From NCBI RefSeq assembly GCF_009914755.1, contig NC_060931.1: DNA of 64,000 bases. One strand, 5' to 3'. The notes under the pieces were generated by a model, which saw only the letters and a list, made by a program, of their open reading frames with translations, searched no databases and was not told the DNA's origin. The position numbers and the translations under genes are program-made. The stretch comes from the human T2T-CHM13v2.0 reference genome, Homo sapiens. Positions 9,401 to 21,400 of this stretch are shown one piece after another. The first letter of the stretch is position 1; every line of letters starts with the position of its first letter.

Positions 9401-12400
9401 GGCCTGTTGAGGCAGGGGCTCACGCTGACCTCTCTCGGCGTGGGAGGGGCCGGTGTGAGGCAAGGGCTCACGCTGACCTCTCTCGGCGTGGGAGGGGCCG
9501 GTGTGAGGCAAGGGGCTCACGCCGACCTCTCTCGGCGTGAGAGGGGCCGGTGTGAGGCAAGGGGCTCACGCTGACCTCTCTCTGCGTGGGAGGGGCCGGT
9601 GTGAGCCAAGGGGTCAGTGTGGGAGGGGCCGGTGTGAGGCAAGGGGCTCACGCCGACCTCTCTCAGCGTGGGAGGAGCCGGTGTGAGGCAGGGACTCACG
9701 CCTCTGCGCAGGGTGCCAGCGGCATGAGTTGGGCATCAACAGGCCACCGTGAGGGAGGAACTGGGCCGCACGCGGGCTGCCGGGAGGCCGCCGTGGGGGC
9801 GAGAGCTGGGCCTGGAGAGGCCCCTGGGAGGCAAGAGCGGGACCTGCAGAGGCTGTTCTACCGCCAGAGCTGGGCCTGTACAGGCCACCGAGAGGCAGTA
9901 GGCGGGCGCGAAGAGCTTGGCTCGAGAAAGTTCGGGGCCTACAAAGGCGGTTTTGAGCTGGGCAGGAGTTGAGCCCAAAGAGCTTGCTTACTTGCTGGGA
10001 GGCAGGGCCGGGAGACGCTGACTTCAGGACGACTTGGGCCTGCAGAGGTCGCCAGGAGGCCCAAGCTGGGCGCGGAGGAGCCCACCGACCGGAGACCGTT
10101 TGGGGCCTGGAGACGCCATCGGAGGGCAGGAGCTGATCCTGGAGAGGCCACCGTGAGGCCTGACCTGGGCCTGGGGAGCTTGGCTTGAGGAAGCTGTGGG
10201 CCGACCAAGGCCGCCAGGAGATGGGCAGGCGCTGAGTCCAAAGAGGTTGTTGGGAGGCAGCAGTCGGGCCTGGAGACGCAGCCGGGAGGAAGAGCTGGGC
10301 CCGGAGAGGACGCCGGGAGGCCGCATGTGGGTCTGGAGAGGCCGACTTGAGGAGGCCCGGCCTCTGCCTCCCTCAGGGCGGCCTCTGCAGGCCCAGCTGT
10401 TCCTCCTGGCTGCATCTCTCGGCCCAGCTCCTGCCTCCCAGCAGGCAAGCTCTTTTGGCTCAGCTCCCTCCAGCGTTTGTAGACCCCGAAGTTTCTGCAG
10501 CCAAGCTCTTCAGGCCCACATCCTGCCTCCCGGTGGCCTGTACAGTCCCAGCTCTGGCAGCAGAAGAGCGTCAGCAGGCCCCGCTGTTGCCTCCCAGGGG
10601 CGTCTCCAGGCCCAGCTCTCGCCCCACCACGGCCTCCCGCGGCCAAGTCCCTGCCTGCTCCCGGCAGCCTGCGTACGGCCCTGCTCCTCCCTCACGGTGG
10701 CCTGTTGAGGCAGGGGCTCACGCTGACCTCTCTCGGCGTGGGAGGGGCCGGTGTGAGGCAAGGGCTCACGCTGACCTCTCTCGGCGTGGGAGGGGCCGGT
10801 GTGAGGCAAGGGGCTCACGCCGACCTCTCTCGGCGTGAGAGGGGCCGGTGTGAGGCAAGGGGCTCACGCTGACCTCTCTCTGCGTGGGAGGGGCCGGTGT
10901 GAGCCAAGGGGTCAGTGTGGGAGGGGCCGGTGTGAGGCAAGGGGCTCACGCCGACCTCTCTCAGCGTGGGAGGAGCCGGTGTGAGGCAGGGACTCACGCC
11001 TCTGCGCAGGGTGCCAGCGGCATGAGTTGGGCATCAACAGGCCACCGTGAGGGAGGAACTCGGCCGCACGCGGGCTGCCGGGAGGCCGCCGTGGGGGCGA
11101 GAGCTGGGCCTGGAGAGGCCCCTGGGAGGCAAGAGCGGGACCTGCAGAGGCTGTTCTACCGCCAGAGCTGGGCCTGTACAGGCCACCGAGAGGCAGTAGG
11201 CGGGCGCGAAGAGCTTGGCTCGAGAAAGTTCGGGGCCTACAAAGGCGGTTTTGAGCTGGGCAGGAGTTGAGCCCAAAGAGCTTGCTTACTTGCTGGGAGG
11301 CAGGGCCGGGAGACGCTGACTTCAGGACGACTTGGGCCTGCAGAGGTCGCCAGGAGGCCCAAGCTGGGCGCGGAGGAGCCCACCGACCGGAGACCGTTTG
11401 GGGCCTGGAGACGCCATCGGAGGGCAGGAGCTGATCCTGGAGAGGCCACCGTGAGGCCTGACCTGGGCCTGGGGAGCTTGGCTTGAGGAAGCTGTGGGCC
11501 GACCAAGGCCGCCAGGAGATGGGCAGGCGCTGAGTCCAAAGAGGTTGTTGGGAGGCAGCAGTCGGGCCTGGAGACGCAGCCGGGAGGAAGAGCTGGGCCC
11601 GGAGAGGACGCCGGGAGGCCGCATGTGGGTCTGGAGAGGCCGACTTGAGGAGGCCCGGCCTCTGCCTCCCTCAGGGCGGCCTCTGCAGGCCCAGCTGTTC
11701 CTCCTGGCTGCATCTCTCGGCCCAGCTCCTGCCTCCCAGCAGGCAAGCTCTTTTGGCTCAGCTCCCTCCAGCGTTTGTAGACCCCGAAGTTTCTGCAGCC
11801 AAGCTCTTCAGGCCCACATCCTGCCTCCCGGTGGCCTGTACAGTCCCAGCTCTGGCAGCAGAAGAGCGTCAGCAGGCCCCGCTGTTGCCTCCCAGGGGCG
11901 TCTCCAGGCCCAGCTCTCGCCCCACCACGGCCTCCCGCGGCCAAGTCCCTGCCTGCTCCCGGCAGCCTGCGTACGGCCCTGCTCCTCCCTCACGGTGGCC
12001 TGTTGAGGCAGGGGCTCACGCTGACCTCTCTCGGCGTGGGAGGGGCCGGTGTGAGGCAAGGGCTCACGCTGACCTCTCTCGGCGTGGGAGGGGCCGGTGT
12101 GAGGCAAGGGGCTCACGCCGACCTCTCTCGGCGTGAGAGGGGCCGGTGTGAGGCAAGGGGCTCACGCTGACCTCTCTCTGCGTGGGAGGGGCCGGTGTGA
12201 GCCAAGGGGTCAGTGTGGGAGGGGCCGGTGTGAGGCAAGGGGCTCACGCCGACCTATCTCAGCGTGGGAGGAGCCGGTGTGAGGCAGGGACTCACGCCTC
12301 TGCGCAGGGTGCCAGCGGCATGAGTTGGGCATCAACAGGCCACCGTGAGGGAGGAACTGGGCCGCACGCGGGCTGCCGGGAGGCCGCCGTGGGGGCGAGA

Positions 12401-15400
12401 GCTGGGCCTGGAGAGGCCCCTGGGAGGCAAGAGCGGGACCTGCAGAGGCTGTTCTACCGCCAGAGCTGGGCCTGTACAGGCCACCGAGAGGCAGTAGGCG
12501 GGCGCGAAGAGCTTGGCTCGAGAAAGTTCGGGGCCTACAAAGGCGGTTTTGAGCTGGGCAGGAGTTGAGCCCAAAGAGCTTGCTTACTTGCTGGGAGGCA
12601 GGGCCGGGAGACGCTGACTTCAGGACGACTTGGGCCTGCAGAGGTCGCCAGGAGGCCCAAGCTGGGCGCGGAGGAGCCCACCGACCGGAGACCGTTTGGG
12701 GCCTGGAGACGCCATCGGAGGGCAGGAGCTGATCCTGGAGAGGCCACCGTGAGGCCTGACCTGGGCCTGGGGAGCTTGGCTTGAGGAAGCTGTGGGCCGA
12801 CCAAGGCCGCCAGGAGATGGGCAGGCGCTGAGTCCAAAGAGGTTGTTGGGAGGCAGCAGTCGGGCCTGGAGACGCAGCCGGGAGGAAGAGCTGGGCCCGG
12901 AGAGGACGCCGGGAGGCCGCATGTGGGTCTGGAGAGGCCGACTTGAGGAGGCCCGGCCTCTGCCTCCCTCAGGGCGGCCTCTGCAGGCCCAGCTGTTCCT
13001 CCTGGCTGCATCTCTCGGCCCAGCTCCTGCCTCCCAGCAGGCAAGCTCTTTTGGCTCAGCTCCCTCCAGCGTTTGTAGACCCCGAAGTTTCTGCAGCCAA
13101 GCTCTTCAGGCCCACATCCTGCCTCCCGGTGGCCTGTACAGTCCCAGCTCTGGCAGCAGAAGAGCGTCAGCAGGCCCCGCTGTTGCCTCCCAGGGGCGTC
13201 TCCAGGCCCAGCTCTCGCCCCACCACGGCCTCCCGCGGCCAAGTCCCTGCCTGCTCCCGGCAGCCTGCGTACGGCCCTGCTCCTCCCTCACGGTGGCCTG
13301 TTGAGGCAGGGGCTCACGCTGACCTCTCTCGGCGTGGGAGGGGCCGGTGTGAGGCAAGGGCTCACGCTGACCTCTCTCGGCGTGGGAGGGGCCGGTGTGA
13401 GGCAAGGGGCTCACGCCGACCTCTCTCGGCGTGAGAGGGGCCGGTGTGAGGCAAGGGGCTCACGCTGACCTCTCTCTGCGTGGGAGGGGCCGGTGTGAGC
13501 CAAGGGGTCAGTGTGGGAGGGGCCGGTGTGAGGCAAGGGGCTCACGCCGACCTCTCTCAGCGTGGGAGGAGCCAGTGTGAGGCAGGGACTCACGCCTCTG
13601 CGCAGGGTGCCAGCGGCATGAGTTGGGCATCAACAGGCCACCGTGAGGGAGGAACTGGGCCGCACGCGGGCTGCCGGGAGGCCGCCGTGGGGGCGAGAGC
13701 TGGGCCTGGAGAGGCCCCTGGGAGGCAAGAGCGGGACCTGCAGAGGCTGTTCTACCGCCAGAGCTGGGCCTGTACAGGCCACCGAGAGGCAGTAGGCGGG
13801 CGCGAAGAGCTTGGCTCGAGAAAGTTCGGGGCCTACAAAGGCGGTTTTGAGCTGGGCAGGAGTTGAGCCCAAAGAGCTTGCTTACTTGCTGGGAGGCAGG
13901 GCCGGGAGACGCTGACTTCAGGACGACTTGGGCCTGCAGAGGTCGCCAGGAGGCCCAAGCTGGGCGCGGAGGAGCCCACCGACCGGAGACCGTTTGGGGC
14001 CTGGAGACGCCATCGGAGGGCAGGAGCTGATCCTGGAGAGGCCACCGTGAGGCCTGACCTGGGCCTGGGGAGCTTGGCTTGAGGAAGCTGTGGGCCGACC
14101 AAGGCCGCCAGGAGATGGGCAGGCGCTGAGTCCAAAGAGGTTGTTGGGAGGCAGCAGTCGGGCCTGGAGACGCAGCCGGGAGGAAGAGCTGGGCCCGGAG
14201 AGGACGCCGGGAGGCCGCATGTGGGTCTGGAGAGGCCGACTTGAGGAGGCCCGGCCTCTGCCTCCCTCAGGGCGGCCTCTGCAGGCCCAGCTGTTCCTCC
14301 TGGCTGCATCTCTCGGCCCAGCTCCTGCCTCCCAGCAGGCAAGCTCTTTTGGCTCAGCTCCCTCCAGCGTTTGTAGACCCCGAAGTTTCTGCAGCCAAGC
14401 TCTTCAGGCCCACATCCTGCCTCCCGGTGGCCTGTACAGTCCCAGCTCTGGCAGCAGAAGAGCGTCAGCAGGCCCCGCTGTTGCCTCCCAGGGGCGTCTC
14501 CAGGCCCAGCTCTCACCCCACCACGGCCTCCCGCGGCCAAGTCCCTGCCTGCTCCCGGCAGCCTGCGTACGGCCCTGCTCCTCCCTCACGGTGGCCTGTT
14601 GAGGCAGGGGCTCACGCTGACCTCTCTCGGCGTGGGAGGGGCCGGTGTGAGGCAAGGGCTCACGCTGACCTCTCTCGGCGTGGGAGGGGCCGGTGTGAGG
14701 CAAGGGGCTCACGCCGACCTCTCTCGGCGTGAGAGGGGCCGGTGTGAGGCAAGGGGCTCACGCTGACCTCTCTCTGCGTGGGAGGGGCCGGTGTGAGCCA
14801 AGGGGTCAGTGTGGGAGGGGCCGGTGTGAGGCAAGGGGCTCACGCCGACCTCTCTCAGCGTGGGAGGAGCCAGTGTGAGGCAGGGACTCACGCCTCTGCG
14901 CAGGGTGCCAGCGGCATGAGTTGGGCATCAACAGGCCACCGTGAGGGAGGAACTCGGCCGCACGCGGGCTGCCGGGAGGCCGCCGTGGGGGCGAGAGCTG
15001 GGCCTGGAGAGGCCCCTGGGAGGCAAGAGCGGGACCTGCAGAGGCTGTTCTACCGCCAGAGCTGGGCCTGTACAGGCCACCGAGAGGCAGTAGGCGGGCG
15101 CGAAGAGCTTGGCTCGAGAAAGTTCGGGGCCTACAAAGGCGGTTTTGAGCTGGGCAGGAGTTGAGCCCAAAGAGCTTGCTTACTTGCTGGGAGGCAGGGC
15201 CGGGAGACGCTGACTTCAGGACGACTTGGGCCTGCAGAGGTCGCCAGGAGGCCCAAGCTGGGCGCGGAGGAGCCCACCGACCGGAGACCGTTTGGGGCCT
15301 GGAGACGCCATCGGAGGGCAGGAGCTGATCCTGGAGAGGCCACCGTGAGGCCTGACCTGGGCCTGGGGAGCTTGGCTTGAGGAAGCTGTGGGCCGACCAA

Positions 15401-18400
15401 GGCCGCCAGGAGATGGGCAGGCGCTGAGTCCAAAGAGGTTGTTGGGAGGCAGCAGTCGGGCCTGGAGACGCAGCCGGGAGGAAGAGCTGGGCCCGGAGAG
15501 GACGCCGGGAGGCCGCATGTGGGTCTGGAGAGGCCGACTTGAGGAGGCCCGGCCTCTGCCTCCCTCAGGGCGGCCTCTGCAGGCCCAGCTGTTCCTCCTG
15601 GCTGCATCTCTCGGCCCAGCTCCTGCCTCCCAGCAGGCAAGCTCTTTTGGCTCAGCTCCCTCCAGCGTTTGTAGACCCCGAAGTTTCTGCAGCCAAGCTC
15701 TTCAGGCCCACATCCTGCCTCCCGGTGGCCTGTACAGTCCCAGCTCTGGCAGCAGAAGAGCGTCAGCAGGCCCCGCTGTTGCCTCCCAGGGGCGTCTCCA
15801 GGCCCAGCTCTCGCCCCACCACGGCCTCCCGCGGCCAAGTCCCTGCCTGCTCCCGGCAGCCTGCGTACGGCCCTGCTCCTCCCTCACGGTGGCCTGTTGA
15901 GGCAGGGGCTCACGCTGACCTCTCTCGGCGTGGGAGGGGCCGGTGTGAGGCAAGGGCTCACGCTGACCTCTCTCGGCGTGGGAGGGGCCGGTGTGAGGCA
16001 AGGGGCTCACGCCGACCTCTCTCGGCGTGAGAGGGGCCGGTGTGAGGCAAGGGGCTCACGCTGACCTCTCTCTGCGTGGGAGGGGCCGGTGTGAGCCAAG
16101 GGGTCAGTGTGGGAGGGGCCGGTGTGAGGCAAGGGGCTCACGCCGACCTCTCTCAGCGTGGGAGGAGCCGGTGTGAGGCAGGGACTCACGCCTCTGCGCA
16201 GGGTGCCAGCGGCATGAGTTGGGCATCAACAGGCCACCGTGAGGGAGGAACTGGGCCGCACGCGGGCTGCCGGGAGGCCGCCGTGGGGGCGAGAGCTGGG
16301 CCTGGAGAGGCCCCTGGGAGGCAAGAGCGGGACCTGCAGAGGCTGTTCTACCGCCAGAGCTGGGCCTGTACAGGCCACCGAGAGGCAGTAGGCGGGCGCG
16401 AAGAGCTTGGCTCGAGAAAGTTCGGGGCCTACAAAGGCGGTTTTGAGCTGGGCAGGAGTTGAGCCCAAAGAGCTTGCTTACTTGCTGGGAGGCAGGGCCG
16501 GGAGACGCTGACTTCAGGACGACTTGGGCCTGCAGAGGTCGCCAGGAGGCCCAAGCTGGGCGCGGAGGAGCCCACCGACCGGAGACCGTTTGGGGCCTGG
16601 AGACGCCATCGGAGGGCAGGAGCTGATCCTGGAGAGGCCACCGTGAGGCCTGACCTGGGCCTGGGGAGCTTGGCTTGAGGAAGCTGTGGGCCGACCAAGG
16701 CCGCCAGGAGATGGGCAGGCGCTGAGTCCAAAGAGGTTGTTGGGAGGCAGCAGTCGGGCCTGGAGACGCAGCCGGGAGGAAGAGCTGGGCCCGGAGAGGA
16801 CGCCGGGAGGCCGCATGTGGGTCTGGAGAGGCCGACTTGAGGAGGCCCGGCCTCTGCCTCCCTCAGGGCGGCCTCTGCAGGCCCAGCTGTTCCTCCTGGC
16901 TGCATCTCTCGGCCCAGCTCCTGCCTCCCAGCAGGCAAGCTCTTTTGGCTCAGCTCCCTCCAGCGTTTGTAGACCCCGAAGTTTCTGCAGCCAAGCTCTT
17001 CAGGCCCACATCCTGCCTCCCGGTGGCCTGTACAGTCCCAGCTCTGGCAGCAGAAGAGCGTCAGCAGGCCCCGCTGTTGCCTCCCAGGGGCGTCTCCAGG
17101 CCCAGCTCTCGCCCCACCACGGCCTCCCGCGGCCAAGTCCCTGCCTGCTCCCGGCAGCCTGCGTACGGCCCTGCTCCTCCCTCACGGTGGCCTGTTGAGG
17201 CAGGGGCTCACGCTGACCTCTCTCGGCGTGGGAGGGGCCGGTGTGAGGCAAGGGCTCACGCTGACCTCTCTCGGCGTGGGAGGGGCCGGTGTGAGGCAAG
17301 GGGCTCACGCCGACCTCTCTCGGCGTGAGAGGGGCCGGTGTGAGGCAAGGGGCTCACGCTGACCTCTCTCTGCGTGGGAGGGGCCGGTGTGAGCCAAGGG
17401 GTCAGTGTGGGAGGGGCCGGTGTGAGGCAAGGGGCTCACGCCGACCTCTCTCAGCGTGGGAGGAGCCGGTGTGAGGCAGGGACTCACGCCTCTGCGCAGG
17501 GTGCCAGCGGCATGAGTTGGGCATCAACAGGCCACCGTGAGGGAGGAACTGGGCCGCACGCGGGCTGCCGGGAGGCCGCCGTGGGGGCGAGAGCTGGGCC
17601 TGGAGAGGCCCCTGGGAGGCAAGAGCGGGACCTGCAGAGGCTGTTCTACCGCCAGAGCTGGGCCTGTACAGGCCACCGAGAGGCAGTAGGCGGGCGCGAA
17701 GAGCTTGGCTCGAGAAAGTTCGGGGCCTACAAAGGCGGTTTTGAGCTGGGCAGGAGTTGAGCCCAAAGAGCTTGCTTACTTGCTGGGAGGCAGGGCCGGG
17801 AGACGCTGACTTCAGGACGACTTGGGCCTGCAGAGGTCGCCAGGAGGCCCAAGCTGGGCGCGGAGGAGCCCACCGACCGGAGACCGTTTGGGGCCTGGAG
17901 ACGCCATCGGAGGGCAGGAGCTGATCCTGGAGAGGCCACCGTGAGGCCTGACCTGGGCCTGGGGAGCTTGGCTTGAGGAAGCTGTGGGCCGACCAAGGCC
18001 GCCAGGAGATGGGCAGGCGCTGAGTCCAAAGAGGTTGTTGGGAGGCAGCAGTCGGGCCTGGAGACGCAGCCGGGAGGAAGAGCTGGGCCCGGAGAGGACG
18101 CCGGGAGGCCGCATGTGGGTCTGGAGAGGCCGACTTGAGGAGGCCCGGCCTCTGCCTCCCTCAGGGCGGCCTCTGCAGGCCCAGCTGTTCCTCCTGGCTG
18201 CATCTCTCGGCCCAGCTCCTGCCTCCCAGCAGGCAAGCTCTTTTGGCTCAGCTCCCTCCAGCGTTTGTAGACCCCGAAGTTTCTGCAGCCAAGCTCTTCA
18301 GGCCCACATCCTGCCTCCCGGTGGCCTGTACAGTCCCAGCTCTGGCAGCAGAAGAGCGTCAGCAGGCCCCGCTGTTGCCTCCCAGGGGCGTCTCCAGGCC

Positions 18401-21400
18401 CAGCTCTCGCCCCACCACGGCCTCCCGCGGCCAAGTCCCTGCCTGCTCCCGGCAGCCTGCGTACGGCCCTGCTCCTCCCTCACGGTGGCCTGTTGAGGCA
18501 GGGGCTCACGCTGACCTCTCTCGGCGTGGGAGGGGCCGGTGTGAGGCAAGGGCTCACGCTGACCTCTCTCGGCGTGGGAGGGGCCGGTGTGAGGCAAGGG
18601 GCTCACGCCGACCTCTCTCGGCGTGAGAGGGGCCGGTGTGAGGCAAGGGGCTCACGCTGACCTCTCTCTGCGTGGGAGGGGCCGGTGTGAGCCAAGGGGT
18701 CAGTGTGGGAGGGGCCGGTGTGAGGCAAGGGGCTCACGCCGACCTCTCTCAGCGTGGGAGGAGCCAGTGTGAGGCAGGGACTCACGCCTCTGCGCAGGGT
18801 GCCAGCGGCATGAGTTGGGCATCAACAGGCCACCGTGAGGGAGGAACTGGGCCGCACGCGGGCTGCCGGGAGGCCGCCGTGGGGGCGAGAGCTGGGCCTG
18901 GAGAGGCCCCTGGGAGGCAAGAGCGGGACCTGCAGAGGCTGTTCTACCGCCAGAGCTGGGCCTGTACAGGCCACCGAGAGGCAGTAGGCGGGCGCGAAGA
19001 GCTTGGCTCGAGAAAGTTCGGGGCCTACAAAGGCGGTTTTGAGCTGGGCAGGAGTTGAGCCCAAAGAGCTTGCTTACTTGCTGGGAGGCAGGGCCGGGAG
19101 ACGCTGACTTCAGGACGACTTGGGCCTGCAGAGGTCGCCAGGAGGCCCAAGCTGGGCGCGGAGGAGCCCACCGACCGGAGACCGTTTGGGGCCTGGAGAC
19201 GCCATCGGAGGGCAGGAGCTGATCCTGGAGAGGCCACCGTGAGGCCTGACCTGGGCCTGGGGAGCTTGGCTTGAGGAAGCTGTGGGCCGACCAAGGCCGC
19301 CAGGAGATGGGCAGGCGCTGAGTCCAAAGAGGTTGTTGGGAGGCAGCAGTCGGGCCTGGAGACGCAGCCGGGAGGAAGAGCTGGGCCCGGAGAGGACGCC
19401 GGGAGGCCGCATGTGGGTCTGGAGAGGCCGACTTGAGGAGGCCCGGCCTCTGCCTCCCTCAGGGCGGCCTCTGCAGGCCCAGCTGTTCCTCCTGGCTGCA
19501 TCTCTCGGCCCAGCTCCTGCCTCCCAGCAGGCAAGCTCTTTTGGCTCAGCTCCCTCCAGCGTTTGTAGACCCCGAAGTTTCTGCAGCCAAGCTCTTCAGG
19601 CCCACATCCTGCCTCCCGGTGGCCTGTACAGTCCCAGCTCTGGCAGCAGAAGAGCGTCAGCAGGCCCCGCTGTTGCCTCCCAGGGGCGTCTCCAGGCCCA
19701 GCTCTCGCCCCACCACGGCCTCCCGCGGCCAAGTCCCTGCCTGCTCCCGGCAGCCTGCGTACGGCCCTGCTCCTCCCTCACGGTGGCCTGTTGAGGCAGG
19801 GGCTCACGCTGACCTCTCTCGGCGTGGGAGGGGCCGGTGTGAGGCAAGGGCTCACGCTGACCTCTCTCGGCGTGGGAGGGGCCGGTGTGAGGCAAGGGGC
19901 TCACGCCGACCTCTCTCGGCGTGAGAGGGGCCGGTGTGAGGCAAGGGGCTCACGCTGACCTCTCTCTGCGTGGGAGGGGCCGGTGTGAGCCAAGGGGTCA
20001 GTGTGGGAGGGGCCGGTGTGAGGCAAGGGGCTCACGCCGACCTCTCTCAGCGTGGGAGGAGCCGGTGTGAGGCAGGGACTCACGCCTCTGCGCAGGGTGC
20101 CAGCGGCATGAGTTGGGCATCAACAGGCCACCGTGAGGGAGGAACTGGGCCGCACGCGGGCTGCCGGGAGGCCGCCGTGGGGGCGAGAGCTGGGCCTGGA
20201 GAGGCCCCTGGGAGGCAAGAGCGGGACCTGCAGAGGCTGTTCTACCGCCAGAGCTGGGCCTGTACAGGCCACCGAGAGGCAGTAGGCGGGCGCGAAGAGC
20301 TTGGCTCGAGAAAGTTCGGGGCCTACAAAGGCGGTTTTGAGCTGGGCAGGAGTTGAGCCCAAAGAGCTTGCTTACTTGCTGGGAGGCAGGGCCGGGAGAC
20401 GCTGACTTCAGGACGACTTGGGCCTGCAGAGGTCGCCAGGAGGCCCAAGCTGGGCGCGGAGGAGCCCACCGACCGGAGACCGTTTGGGGCCTGGAGACGC
20501 CATCGGAGGGCAGGAGCTGATCCTGGAGAGGCCACCGTGAGGCCTGACCTGGGCCTGGGGAGCTTGGCTTGAGGAAGCTGTGGGCCGACCAAGGCCGCCA
20601 GGAGATGGGCAGGCGCTGAGTCCAAAGAGGTTGTTGGGAGGCAGCAGTCGGGCCTGGAGACGCAGCCGGGAGGAAGAGCTGGGCCCGGAGAGGACGCCGG
20701 GAGGCCGCATGTGGGTCTGGAGAGGCCGACTTGAGGAGGCCCGGCCTCTGCCTCCCTCAGGGCGGCCTCTGCAGGCCCAGCTGTTCCTCCTGGCTGCATC
20801 TCTCGGCCCAGCTCCTGCCTCCCAGCAGGCAAGCTCTTTTGGCTCAGCTCCCTCCAGCGTTTGTAGACCCCGAAGTTTCTGCAGCCAAGCTCTTCAGGCC
20901 CACATCCTGCCTCCCGGTGGCCTGTACAGTCCCAGCTCTGGCAGCAGAAGAGCGTCAGCAGGCCCCGCTGTTGCCTCCCAGGGGCGTCTCCAGGCCCAGC
21001 TCTCGCCCCACCACGGCCTCCCGCGGCCAAGTCCCTGCCTGCTCCCGGCAGCCTGCGTACGGCCCTGCTCCTCCCTCACGGTGGCCTGTTGAGGCAGGGG
21101 CTCACGCTGACCTCTCTCGGCGTGGGAGGGGCCGGTGTGAGGCAAGGGCTCACGCTGACCTCTCTCGGCGTGGGAGGGGCCGGTGTGAGGCAAGGGGCTC
21201 ACGCCGACCTCTCTCGGCGTGAGAGGGGCCGGTGTGAGGCAAGGGGCTCACGCTGACCTCTCTCTGCGTGGGAGGGGCCGGTGTGAGCCAAGGGGTCAGT
21301 GTGGGAGGGGCCGGTGTGAGGCAAGGGGCTCACGCCGACCTCTCTCAGCGTGGGAGGAGCCAGTGTGAGGCAGGGACTCACGCCTCTGCGCAGGGTGCCA